Source: Dictyostelium discoideum (lineage: Eukaryota). From it: a stretch of DNA of 64,000 nucleotides. Each line of letters begins with the position of its first letter. Position 1 is the first letter of the stretch. The translations under genes and the position numbers were made by a program. The notes beneath the pieces are model-generated. The model worked only from the letters and a program-made list of their open reading frames with translations. It did not search any database and had not been told where the DNA came from. Positions 1-10,869 of the stretch are shown in pieces. The DNA is taken from NCBI GenBank assembly GCA_000004695.1, contig CM000155.2, positions 1,248,001-1,312,000 of the forward strand, written 5' to 3'.

Positions 1-649
1 TTCCCTCTTTTGTAAATGTGTTTCCATTTGACGAGTGTCATATATGGTTACATATTTATCTGCAGTGCCAATGACCAACATATTTGAAATTGGACTGACA
101 TCCATTGTGAATATTTTCGACTGTAAGTCGTGATTGGATATCTCCATCTTGTCACTACGTATATCCCATAGTTTCAATTGTTGATCCCAACCACCTGTAA
201 ACAATTGTTGTGTATCGCTATTATAAACCACTGATCTTACACCATCCTCATGACTACCTACCTCTTTTTCAACACCTGCTACTGGATCATAATGTTTTAC
301 ACTCCCAAAAACATCTCCTGAAAATACTTTATTCTTCTCTGGAAAACATCCATCCATCACTGGTCCTTTATGATTATATTGCCATTTTTGTACATTATTT
401 TGTGTATCATAACATCTAACTGTCTAAAATATTTATAATAAATCTAATTAATAAATAAATATAATTAAAAATAAAAATAATTAAAAATAATAATAATTAA
501 TAATTAATAATAATAATAATAAAAATACTTACACTATCCCATGATGTTACTAATAAATTTACAGAGTTTGGGCAAAAGTTTACTGATGAAATACCATCAG
601 AAGGTGGTAATCTTAATTCATAAAATGATGATGTTGGTTCGTTTGACAT
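1..649 (-). CDS. bub3: Mitotic checkpoint protein Bub3 (WD40 repeat), N-terminal part; gene continues beyond the left edge
   Basis: Minus-strand ATG at 649..647. Exon 1 is 649..533 (MSNEPTSSFYELRLPPSDGISSVNFCPNSVNLLVTSWDS). Intron 532..424 runs GTAAGT...TTTTAG. Exon 2 is 423..<1 (TVRCYDTQNNVQKWQYNHKGPVMDGCF...GGWDQQLKLWDIRSDKM...IGTADKYVTIYDTRQMETHLQKRE). The N-terminus and WD repeats follow the Bub3 pattern (SWD..VR.YD, GSWDQ.LKLWD, RNM..QKRE) rather than Rae1. The ORF is open to position 1. Confidence 0.78.
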
Positions 650-672
650 TTATATTCTTTCTAAACGTTTTG

Positions 673-704
<32 letters not shown>

Positions 705-1170
705 TTAAAAAAAAATGAAAATTTAAAAAAAAAAAAAAAAAGGAGGCAATTTTTTTATCTTTTTTTTATTTTTTATTTTTTATTTTATTTTTTTCAATAT
801 CTAAACAATTATCAAAACAATAAAATTTTATAAACAATTGTTTGAAATTAAAAATTTAAAATAGTTTACCTCATCCTGAGAATTCTTTCCTAAATTTGGT
901 TTATACTTTTATAAAAAATCTTTAAAATAAAAAAAAAATAAAAAAAATAAAAAAACAAAAATATAAAATTAAAAAATTAAGAAAAAGAATTGTTTTTTCA
1001 GTTTTCAAAGTAATTGTTTTCTAAGTCAAAATCTATTAAAAAAGGATATTTTTGAAAAAAAAGAAAAAAAAAAAATATGAGACTTTTGTGAAAATAGATA
1101 AAGGTAAAATAAAATTAATTTTATTTTTAAATTTTAAAAACAAATTATTTGTATTTTTTAATTTTTATTT

Positions 1171-1530
1171 TTATACAATAAATTCTTCAAAGGTAGCATC
1201 ATGGTGATGGTGGTGAGTAGTGTAAATTGAACCATGTTGATCAGCTGCAATATAATAATGGTTATGGCCTTTGATTGAAACCTTACCACCATGGTGTTCT
1301 AAATGGAAAAGTGAGTGTTCTCCATGGAAATGATGTGATATGTAAACATCGTTGTTGTCATTAATTGAAACATATTTATTGGCGTGAGTTCTTATGGCAA
1401 CTTTATGATGACCATGGTTTTCAACATGAAAGTGAGTGTGGTGATCATGATGGCCATGATGAGTCTTAACTTTGCAATCTTCTGCACTTAAAAAGTGGCC
1501 ATGATGTGATTTGAATGCTCTGTTACCCAT
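1171..1530 (-). CDS. hatB: Hisactophilin (histidine-rich, N-myristoylated, pH-sensing actin-binding beta-trefoil protein), hatA/hatB family paralog
   Basis: Single 119-codon ORF MGNRAFKSHHGHFLSAEDCKVKTHHGHHDHHTHFHVENHG...HHGGKVSIKGH...TFEEFIV with about 30 His. The N-terminal MGNRAFKSHHGHFLSAEDCKVKTHHGHHDHHTHFHVENHG and the HSLFHLEHHGGKVSIKGH core match hisactophilin as I remember it. The middle third differs from my memory of hisactophilin-1, so the paralog assignment (hatB) is a guess. Internal threefold pseudo-repeat is consistent with a beta-trefoil. Confidence 0.85.
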   Translation of the reverse strand: MGNRAFKSHHGHFLSAEDCKVKTHHGHHDHHTHFHVENHGHHKVAIRTHANKYVSINDNNDVYISHHFHGEHSLFHLEHHGGKVSIKGHNHYYIAADQHGSIYTTHHHHHDATFEEFIV

Positions 1531-1583
1531 TATATATATATATTTATATGTCTAGTTTGTTGAAATAAAAAATAATAATAAAA

Positions 1584-1616
<33 letters not shown>

Positions 1617-1670
1617 AAAAATTTATTTTTGGATTTTTTTTTTTTTATTACTGAAAAGGGGGTTTAAAAA

Positions 1671-1708
<38 letters not shown>

Positions 1709-1715
1709 TTAAAAT

Positions 1716-1746
<31 letters not shown>

Positions 1747-2520
1747 TATTTTTATTTTTATTTTTATTTTTATTTTTATTTTTATTTTTACACCAAAAAC
1801 TTATTTACAATTTTACAACCACACATTTAAAAATCATGATTTTTGTGTGGTTTGGGTAATATCTTAAAACTTTAAATGAAAAATGGTTCTTTTCACAAAA
1901 GACCAGAAACTTGTAAAGAGTTTAATTATTAATTTTAAATTATAAAAAAAAAAATTCAATTCATATAATAATATATTAAGAAATCAGGAAAAAAAAATAA
2001 AATAAAAAAAATTAGATATTAATTAATTTTTTTTATACATTTTATCTTATTACAGTTTTTTTTTTTTTTTATTAATAAATAACTTAGTATTGTTGTTGTT
2101 GTTGTTGTTGTTGTTATTGTTGGTGGTATTAGCTGATGTGGTTTGATGATACTAAAATATTTTCAACACCAAGTATTAAATCTTTTGAATTGATAATGGC
2201 AATATAATAAGAACTTTTGGCAGTGGCAGTGGCGATTGGCTACTATACTGGGAATCTTAAATGTTAAATCTTATCTTGAAATATGTGGTATACTAGTTTT
2301 TGGTACTTCTGTTGCTAATAAAAGTGAAATAATTGGAACCAAGGAAATTATCATCACCACATTAGAACCCATGAGTTCTATTGCCATAATCAACATCAAA
2401 ATCCACACAACATTGCAATTCTACTATAGACAACGGCCCTTATCAACATTATTGATTATACAATAGTTCTGGTTTGATTTTTTAACTTTAATTCAACCAG
2501 ACCTTATTATTTTATTAGCA

Positions 2521-2537
2521 GGAATCGAACATGCGAT
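2521..2537 (-). promoter_or_regulatory. External B box (exB) downstream of tRNA-Pro gene
   Basis: Minus-strand ATCGCATGTTCGATTCC contains the B-box core GTTCGATTCC, 25-40 nt beyond the tRNA 3' end. This is the position of the extra B box typical of Dictyostelium tRNA genes. The same 17-mer recurs downstream of the second tRNA-Pro copy at 51953..51969. Confidence 0.55.
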
Positions 2538-2561
2538 CTTTCAAAAATTGTTTTAAAAGAT

Positions 2562-2632
2562 GGGGAGATCCGAGAATCGAACTCAGGACGCTACCACCCA
2601 AAGGTAGCATTATACCACTTAACTAATCTCCC
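2562..2632 (-). tRNA. tRNA-Pro (anticodon UGG)
   Basis: Minus strand GGGAGATTAGTTAAGTGGTATAATGCTACCTTTGGGTGGTAGCGTCCTGAGTTCGATTCTCGGATCTCCCC. Acceptor stem GGGAGAT/ATCTCCC, A box TAGTTAAGTGG, anticodon stem CTACC/GGTAG with loop TTTGGGT (anticodon TGG), B box GGTTCGATTCC-like GAGTTCGATTCTC. 71 nt, no intron, discriminator C. Confidence 0.85.
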
Positions 2633-2980
2633 ATTTTGATGGAATTTGATCTTTTTTTGAAAAAAATATTGAAATTTTTATCAATAACTCAATATTTTCA
2701 AAAATTATAAAATAATAATTTTTTTATTTAAATGAACTTTCAAATTTTTTTGATTTTCTTAAAAATCCATAGAAATAGTAAAAAAGTGTAAAAAATGGAC
2801 TGATAATAAATTCTATATTTAATTTTTAAAAAAACGAAAATTAAAAATAAAAAAAGTTTTTTTATTTTTTTATTTTTTTTTTTACAGAAAACGAAAAAAA
2901 AAACCAATTCATTTTCCAATCATTTGAATTCTTAACAATAATAATAATATAATAATAAAAATAATAAATTCCTCAATGAT

Positions 2981-3624
2981 ATGAGTCACGCACGTAAACA
3001 TGTCACAAATCAATCATTAAATTCATCATTGAAACTTGAAAATGATCAAAACATAGTTAAAGTTATTGATATGAGAGGTGGGAATGTTGTAGAGGTTCAA
3101 TATCCAAATGGTTCAACAGTATTAGCAATCATACCATCAAAATTCAAAAATATATTATGGATTAAAAAAGGAAATTATGCTATCATTGATAAAGAGGATG
3201 AATCTTCTAAATCCTCTCAAGTAAAATGTTCAGTTGTACATATCCTTTCAAAAGAAAATGTTAAAGGTTTAGTAAAATCAAGAGATTGGTAAGTGTAAAA
3301 ATTAAAACTATATATATATATATATTATTTTTGGTTTGTTTAACCTAACTTTTTTTTTTTTTTTTATATATAAAATTTAGGCCAAAGGAATTTGATTTAG
3401 AAGATAAAAATCAAAGACAACAACCACAAAAACCACTCTTACTTACTGCTCCAACTTCAGATGATGAAGATGGTGGTTTATCAGATTTAGGTGTTAACCC
3501 AAATCGTAAGAAATTTGGTCGTGTTGATAGCGATGAAGAAGATCTTAGTGATGAAGAAGAAGAAGAAGAAGAAGAAGAAGAAGAAGAAGAAGAAGAAGAA
3601 GAAGAAGAAGAAGAAGATAATTAA
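2981..3624 (+). CDS. eif1ad: Probable RNA-binding protein EIF1AD (eIF1A-like S1 domain protein, Obelix-like), 2 exons
   Basis: Exon 1 is 2981..3288 (MSHARKHVTNQSL...IVKVIDMRGGNVVEVQYPNGSTVLAIIPSKFKNILWIKKGNYAIIDKED...SRDW, with W split tg|g). Intron 3289..3380 runs GTAAGT...TTTAG. Exon 2 is 3381..3624, encoding PKEFDLEDKNQRQQ... and an acidic (E)n tail, stop TAA. The S1-like core matches EIF1AD (KNIWIKRGDFLIVD in human) and the acidic C-terminus is typical. Confidence 0.72.
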
Positions 3625-3862
3625 TAATAATAATAATTTTAAAAAATAAAATAAACTAATTGTACATTTTACAAATAATATTAAAAAAAAAAAAAATTTT
3701 AATTTTTTTAATTTTTTTATTTATTTATTATTACTTATTTATTTATTTATTATTGATGGCCATTATTTATTTATTTATTTTATTTATTTATTTTTTATTT
3801 ATATATTTATATATTAATATATTTATTTATTTATTTATTTATAAAAACACAGGGATTTTGAT

Positions 3863-4028
3863 TTATTTTTTTAAATCGGCAAGTTCTTTTTGTAATTTGC
3901 TAATTTTATCTTCAATTTCCTTAATCTTGGCAGCTTTGGAATTGTTGGCTGATGATGATGCATTTGGAGTTGGTTGTGAGCCAGCTTTTTTGGTTTCTTC
4001 TTGTTTCTTCTTTTCAGCCTTTAATTAT

Positions 4029-4067
<39 letters not shown>

Positions 4068-4538
4068 AATAAATAAATAAAATGAAATAAAATGAAATAA
4101 AATAAATTGAAATAAAATAAAATAAAGAATTTAAAAAATAAAAAAATGTTAGTGAAAAATGAAATATTTTTTATTTTATTTATTTATTTATTTATTTATT
4201 TTTATTTATTTTTTTTTTATTTTATTTTATTTTATTTTATTTTATTTTATTTTATTTTATTTTATTTATTTTATTTTTATTTTTATTTTTTTTTTTTTTT
4301 TTTTTATATTTATTTTATTTTTTTTTTTTTATTTTTTTTATTTTTTATTAGATATTGCAAATGTGAAAATAATTACCATTCTCTTTAAATCATCTCTTTC
4401 TTTTTGTTTAACATATTGGCTTTCAAAAGCTTCTTCTCTTTCTTTGAATTCATCACCTCTGAAAGCAATGGATCTCTTTGGAGCTGCAATCATTGAAGCA
4501 CGAGTTAATTTTAAAAGTTTGCTGACACTGCTGGACAT
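3863..4538 (-). CDS. Mitochondrial F1-ATPase inhibitor protein (IF1/Inh1)-like small coiled-coil protein, 2 exons
   Basis: Exon 1 is 4538..4377 (MSSSVSKLLKLTRASMIAAPKRSIAFRGDEFKEREEAFESQYVKQKERDDLKRM). The N-terminus looks like a mitochondrial presequence. Donor GTAATT at 4376. Exon 2 is 4018..3863 (AEKKKQEETKK...KIKEIEDKISKLQKELADLKK*), acceptor TTAAAG. The FxKRE.A.E..+V.Q.E pattern and the C-terminal coiled coil resemble yeast Inh1 and IF1. The 358-nt intron is made of (ATTTT)n-like repeats and is long for this genome. Confidence 0.42.
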
Positions 4539-4926
4539 TATTTTTATTTGTTGAATTAATTAATTAATTAATTATTTTGGTTTGTATTAAAATTTTTTAA
4601 AATGAAAAATGATTTTTTTTTTTTTTTTCTTTTAATAAAAAAAAAAAAAAAAAAAAAAAATTTAAAAAAAAAAATGGGTGAAAATAAGACCAATAATTTG
4701 ACTTATTAAATTGATAAAAAAAATTGAAAAAAAATTGAAAAAAAAAAAAAATTAAATTTCCTTGAAATTCGAATAATAATCATTGCCTCATAATTTTATT
4801 TATAAAAAAATGATTGTTCATTGAAATTATAAACCAACATCATTTTTTATTGAAAATTTTTTAATTATTTTAAAACTACCACCAAATCACTATTTTTATT
4901 ATTTTCATATGAAAAATAATATTTTA

Positions 4927-4967
<41 letters not shown>

Positions 4968-5196
4968 ATAAATATTAGGAAAAATAAAATTAAAAATAAT
5001 TTTTCTTATTTTTGTTTATTATTTTTTCATTTTTCATTTTTTTTTCTTTTTCTAAAATAGAAACAATTATTTAATGTTCTTAATTAAAATGATATTTTAT
5101 TTTAAAAAGGTTTTATTTATTTATTTTATTTTATATTTATTTTAATTTTTTTATTTTTTTTTATTTTTTTACCACTATTATTAGTTTTGTTAATTT

Positions 5197-7449
5197 TTAA
5201 AATAATTTTTGTTTTTTCTTTAAAACCAATTTAATGGAATCTGAATTATCAAAAGATTTAATAATGGATGATAATCTTGCAGATTCGAATAAAACTGTAC
5301 CAGATTCTTTTGTAATACTCCAATCATTAGCATTCATTTCAGGATCAATTTCATTAATAAGTTTACATTTTAATTCAGAGACAGATTCATTTGTTGAAGA
5401 TTCAATTTCGAATGAAGTTAAAACGGTACCACTTGAATCAGTAACTACATCAATAGTTACATTGATAGTTTTACTTGGTTGTTCATTAAGCATTTGTGAT
5501 GGTGGTGGTGGTGTTGATGCTGATGAAGATGATGGTGATGGTGATTGAGTTGAAGTGGTAGAGGTTTGTTGTTGTTGTTGTTGAATTGGTGATCTAAAGA
5601 AAGCTGGTGAAGGTGAAGAAGTTGATGATGATTCAAAAAAAGGTTGATTTTTAATTGGAGTTTGATTAAAACTATTATTATTATCATTAATTGATAAATT
5701 TGAAATACCTTTAACTTTGTTCATTATATCTTTTTCATTTTTAACTTTACACAATTGAACTGCTTTGGTTAATAATCTAAGATATTGAACATCTTTAGAG
5801 ATATCTTTATGAGTTTCTTTTTCAGTGTAATTACTAATGATAAAGGTATTTGACTCTTGAACTGATAATTCGGCAACTTTATTTTTCATTACATCTTGAA
5901 GTTGATTCTTTGAGAGGGTATCAGAGAAAGTGATAGCCAATAAAGGTGTAATATTCATTTGGAGTACTTCTTTAATCTTCTTTTCAATTCTTTGCATTGA
6001 AGCGGGATTGGTGAAATTTCTAATGGAGACGACAAAGATGAAACAGTCGATACGATAACGGTCGTCTGGTTGCAAGATGGTGCATTCATCCTTTTTAGTA
6101 CCATGATGAATTCTACCCTCGGCCTTATGTCTCAATTGGACATCGGTATCGACGAAACCCCAAGAATCGGACCAAGCGATATCAATATCATGGAATGACT
6201 CTTGAACTGGATGAATGTAATGTTTTGCAGATAGGATCTCCTTGAGTGATGTATTGTTGATGCTGGTGGTGACATGAGTGCCCGATGTACGATTTGCATT
6301 GAAGTATTCTTCCAATTCGCCGACTGGGTTGAAAAGATTGACGAAACCATTCAAGCAGGTGCTTTTACCATTGCCAATCTCACCCTCGACACCAATGCAA
6401 CATCTATACTTTGATTTTAATTCACCTAAAAAGTAAGAGATATTCAAAGCTACGAAACCCTCATGAACATTGTCTCTATCATTGGCGAGTTCAATGTGGA
6501 AAATGATTTTTGAAGGGAAATTTTCAAATTGGGTCTTTTCCATTTGACCTTTTTTAAACTCCAATTTAATAGTCTCTTCATATGGTTCACCAAATACTAA
6601 ATTTTGTTTCAATTGAATGGTATAGCCAGAGTAGTACTTGTTTGATAAGAATTTAATCTTTGTACCTGATGGTACCGATGCTGTGTTACCATCTGGTTTA
6701 ATTACTACATCCAATAGTAAATCGTCCTTAATCGATTTGGTTTCATTTGTGTGTGGATAAACCTCAATATTGACTGGACAATTAATTGAATGTTCGTCAC
6801 TGGACGATGCGCCATTGGCAGCACCACCACCATTGGCAGCACCACCACCACCATTCATCAACAATCTAATGTCTTGGCTTGGATTCTTACCCAATGGGAT
6901 AACTTTTTGGTCTGGTAAAAGTGATTGCAAATCTTTTACAGCCTCATCGGATGATTTGTTTGCTAGGTTGCAGCCTGCCAAACCATAGATACTATTATTA
7001 TCCAAACTCAAGATATCAACTAAATCATCACTTGAATCATCAGTAGATTGACCCGAACTGATGATGATGATCTTTGACATTAAATCACTGGACCAATTGG
7101 ATTCGATATTATTGAAACACATTCTCATTGCTTCACCCAATTTTGCTTCTTCATTATCTTTAGAGAATTTAATTTCTTTTAAGCTATCTTTTAATTCATT
7201 TGGTTCCGAATCAAATTCAAAGATTGTATTAACACTATCACCATAGGTAATGATTTGAATTTGACACTCTCTATTAGCTTTTTGAAGTTGAGTAATAAAT
7301 GTCTTAATAATTACATTATACAATGACATTTTTGATGATGTTTCAATTAAAATTGAAAAATAAGTAACACCACTATCTGAATTAAAAACTGTTTTAATTT
7401 CAGTTTTAAGTGCATGTCTTTGATTATTATTTTGATTTTCTGTAAACAT
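5197..7449 (-). CDS. vWA domain - IRG/IIGP-like P-loop GTPase - C-terminal ubiquitin-like domain protein (750 aa, single exon)
   Basis: Uninterrupted 750-codon ORF. The N-terminal 180 aa are vWA-like (ITYGDSVNTIFEFDS...IIIISSGQSTDD). The central part has G1 GVEGEIGNGKST, G3 DSWG and a TKKD G4-like motif. The segment DCFIFVVSIRNF plus RIEKKIKEV resembles the DFFIIISATRF...KKEFYFVRTK block of immunity-related GTPases. The C-terminal 90 aa have a ubiquitin-like pattern (KTINVTIDVV...SIKLVLKKK). Domain calls are from pattern recognition only. Confidence 0.65.
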   Translation of the reverse strand: MFTENQNNNQRHALKTEIKTVFNSDSGVTYFSILIETSSKMSLYNVIIKTFITQLQKANRECQIQIITYGDSVNTIFEFDSEPNELKDSLKEIKFSKDNEEAKLGEAMRMCFNNIESNWSSDLMSKIIIISSGQSTDDSSDDLVDILSLDNNSIYGLAGCNLANKSSDEAVKDLQSLLPDQKVIPLGKNPSQDIRLLMNGGGGAANGGGAANGASSSDEHSINCPVNIEVYPHTNETKSIKDDLLLDVVIKPDGNTASVPSGTKIKFLSNKYYSGYTIQLKQNLVFGEPYEETIKLEFKKGQMEKTQFENFPSKIIFHIELANDRDNVHEGFVALNISYFLGELKSKYRCCIGVEGEIGNGKSTCLNGFVNLFNPVGELEEYFNANRTSGTHVTTSINNTSLKEILSAKHYIHPVQESFHDIDIAWSDSWGFVDTDVQLRHKAEGRIHHGTKKDECTILQPDDRYRIDCFIFVVSIRNFTNPASMQRIEKKIKEVLQMNITPLLAITFSDTLSKNQLQDVMKNKVAELSVQESNTFIISNYTEKETHKDISKDVQYLRLLTKAVQLCKVKNEKDIMNKVKGISNLSINDNNNSFNQTPIKNQPFFESSSTSSPSPAFFRSPIQQQQQQTSTTSTQSPSPSSSSASTPPPPSQMLNEQPSKTINVTIDVVTDSSGTVLTSFEIESSTNESVSELKCKLINEIDPEMNANDWSITKESGTVLFESARLSSIIKSFDNSDSIKLVLKKKQKLF

Positions 7450-7718
7450 TTTTATTTTATTTTTTTTTTTTTTTACAAGTTAGTATTTATTTTGTTTTAT
7501 TTATTTAATGATTTGATAAAAAAAAAAATAAATAAATAACACTATTTATACTTTTTTAAAAAAACTTTATGTTTAGAATTTTAAGCAATGAGTCCATTTT
7601 TAACTTAATTTAATAAAAAATTTGTTAATTAAAAAAAAAAAAAAAAAAAAAAAATGCTGAAAATTTTAAGGGCGACTTCATTTTTTTTTTTTTATTTTCT
7701 GTGCCTTAATTTTAAGTT

Positions 7719-7753
<35 letters not shown>

Positions 7754-8246
7754 CCACAAACAAAATAAAAAAATTGAAAATTTTTGTTTTTCTTTGAATA
7801 AATTAAACCTTTAAAAAAATCTTATTTTTTTTATATAATACAAGTTATATTTTTAAGTTGAGAATATATTGGTTGTTATTAAACAAATAATTAAGAATAA
7901 TAAAATTTTCACAAAGATATTTAAAATAAAATTATTTAAATTAATCCAAAAAATTCACTTAATTTCAAAAAAATAATAAAATTAAATTATCACAAATAAA
8001 AATAATATTGATTTTTTATTTTTTTTTTTTTTTTCTTAAGAAATTAAAAAACAATAAGTTAATTATTTTTTTATTTATTAATTTATTTCATTTTATTTGA
8101 AGATAATTTTTAATGTTTTAATACATAAATTGAATATATTTTCATAATAATTTTATTAAACACATAAATAGGTTAATTTAACTATAATTTATTATTATTA
8201 ATTTATTTTTTTGTTTTTTATTTTTTTTTTTTTTTAAATAAATAAT

Positions 8247-9020
8247 TTAATTTGATTTATCATTATTTTGATGATCTTGATTATTACTATTATTATTTTT
8301 ATTTTTATTATTATTTTTATTATTATTATTATCTTCATCTTCTTCATCATCAGTACTACCATCACTTTTATATTTTGATTTTTTATCATTTTTATTATTA
8401 ATATCATCATCTTTTTCATCATCATCTTCATCCATTTTTTCTTTTTCATCATCATTATCATCATCATCTTTTTCAAGTGTACCAGTTTGATCTAATGGTA
8501 ATGATTCATCGGCTACACATTTAGTACATAAACAATTGAATAGATAACCTTCCAATAATTTCTCCCTTCTCTTATTTAATGGACTAGTTGTATCTATATA
8601 AGAGATTGTTAATTCATCACCCTCTTTAACATTTTTTAATAATGTACATTCAACTTCTAAAGTATTATTGACTACCCAATAATTTACATTTGGATCACAA
8701 CTATGATTAAAGAATGAATTTCTAACATAAACACCACAACCTCTTGATTCACCTGATGATCCATCTCTTGGTCTACCTTGAATATAAAATGCATTACATC
8801 TAAATTTTTTCAAAAAAATAAAAAATAAAAAATAAAATTAATATATAAATTATAAATTTCTTAAGAAATTCTAAAATTAAATTATTCATACCTATTTCTT
8901 AATAATATATTTAATAAATCGAATTCATCTTCAATTTTACCAAGTTTTGCAGATAATTTTACAACATATTTACATATCCAGTACGAAAGACTTTCTTTTA
9001 AAGATTCATTATAATTTTCC

Positions 9021-9053
<33 letters not shown>

Positions 9054-9987
9054 TTAATATTATTAATTATAATAATTAATATTAATTATGTATATATACT
9101 TACACATTTGAAACTAATTCAGCATAATCATTATATCTTAAACCATTATCTTGGGGAATTAAAGATTGTGGATTTTTATATTGATTATAGGTATTTTGTT
9201 TTTTAATAGTTTCATCATTGATATCGATACCAGCAGTTTGAGTGATTGAATCTTCAAGCCATTTTCTAGAGAGAGTTCTAACGAGTAGTTTAATCTCTGA
9301 CATTAGAAAAGGTGAATACTCTTCAGTGTCCAACTCTTTAAAGATTTGACATTCAAAACGATGTTGACTATAATCTATACACCTACAATTGGCACTACAA
9401 TAACCAACACGTTGACAACCTTCACACATATAGAAATCAGTTGGTAAGATTTGTTGATTCAATGGTACTTCCAAAAAACAATGTTGACAAACTGAATCAC
9501 ATGTTGCATGATCGACTGCCCATGTGTATGGTAGATCACGTAATATCACTGTTTGTTCATCTAAATCTTTAGTTGCTACCAAATAACGTCCATTGATTGG
9601 ATGTGAGTAAACATGAATTGGCCATTCTGTATGCCATTGTTTATAATCAATTGGTGTAGTTGGTCTCTTTACAATTGTTGGTTTCTTTATTGATTTTTTA
9701 CTTTTTTTAATTTTACCTTTTGTTACGATTGGTGGTATTGTTTCTGTTGTTGTCTCTACTTCTTTTGTAACTGTTGCTGTTGATTGTGTTGGTGTTGGTG
9801 TTGGTTGTGGTGGTGGTGGTGTAGTTGATGCTTCTGTTGTTGTTGTTGTTGCTGCTGCTTTTGTTGTGACTGTAGCAGTTGATTGTGTTGGTGGTGTGGT
9901 TATTATTGGTGTGGTTGTTGAAGAATCTGATGTTGATGGTGATATTTTTATTGTGTTATTTGATGGTGATTCTATAACTCCATCCAT
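8247..9987 (-). CDS. SET and MYND domain-containing protein (SMYD-family lysine methyltransferase), 3 exons
   Basis: Exon 1 is 9987..9104: T/P-rich N-terminus, then a MYND zinc finger CQHCFLEVPLNQ...CEGCQRVGYCSANCRCIDYSQHRFEC embedded in a SET domain. Donor GTAAGT at 9103. Exon 2 is 9020..8892 (ENYNESLKESLSYWICKYVVKLSAKLGKIEDEFDLLNILLRN), donor GTATGA. Exon 3 is 8799..8247 (CNAFYIQGRPRDGSSGESRGCGVYVRNSFFNHSCDPNVNYWVV...ELTISYID...LFNCLCTKC), with SET C-terminal NHSCxPN and post-SET Cys, then an acidic and N-rich tail. Phases are consistent across both introns. Confidence 0.75.
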
Positions 9988-10239
9988 TTTATTATTTCTT
10001 TATATAAAATTTGTTTTTAAAATAAAAAAAAAACTGAAATTTTTTTTTTTATTTTTATTTTTTTTTTTTTTACTTACATTTTTTTTTTTTTTTTTTTTTT
10101 TTTTTTGGCTTACTTTGCCAAATTTTTATTTGAAAAAACCAAAAAATCTTTTTTTTTTTTTATAAATTTTTTTTTTTTTTTTTGGTGGGTAGTGAAAAAA
10201 AAGGGAAGATTTTATTTTTTAAAAATAAAATAAATTATA

Positions 10240-10829
10240 ATGAACATCAATAATAATAATAATGGAAGCGATAGTACCAACAATAATGGTAATAACAATA
10301 ATATAAATAATGACAATACCAATAATAATAATAATAATTTTCAAGAGACATCAGCATCAAATTTTATAAACAATCCAACATCAATGAGATTTGTATTGAG
10401 ATCAAAATCTCCATCATCTAAACAAAATGAATCAAGACCATATAGAATTGATCAAAATGAAATAGATGATAATAGTTATAATAATAATAATAATAACAAT
10501 AATAATAATAATAGTGGTATTAGTAATAGTAATAATAGTAGTAATAATGGTAATAATAGTAATATTGATAATAGTAGTAATAATAGACATCCAATTTTTA
10601 GTTTAGCCAACCAACAAACTACACCACAGCAACAACAAAAACAACAACAACAACAACAACAATCATACAATGAATCAGGAGAAGACTTTTTAAAATATAT
10701 TGATAATAAATTAGAACAACTTGAAAAAGAATCACAATTTCAAGCATCATTTAATTATAACTATAATAATAATAATTTAAATTTTAATTCACCCCCTAAA
10801 AATAATGGTAAACATATTAATTCAACACC

Positions 10830-10869
<40 letters not shown>

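Noticed and set aside
3660-4388. Six-frame ORFs 3660..4076, 4146..4388 and 4159..4554 encoding I/F/L/Y/K-rich peptides
   Set aside because: They are translations of (ATTT)n, (TTTTA)n and poly-A/T low-complexity DNA inside the intron and flanks of the IF1-like gene. No codon structure..
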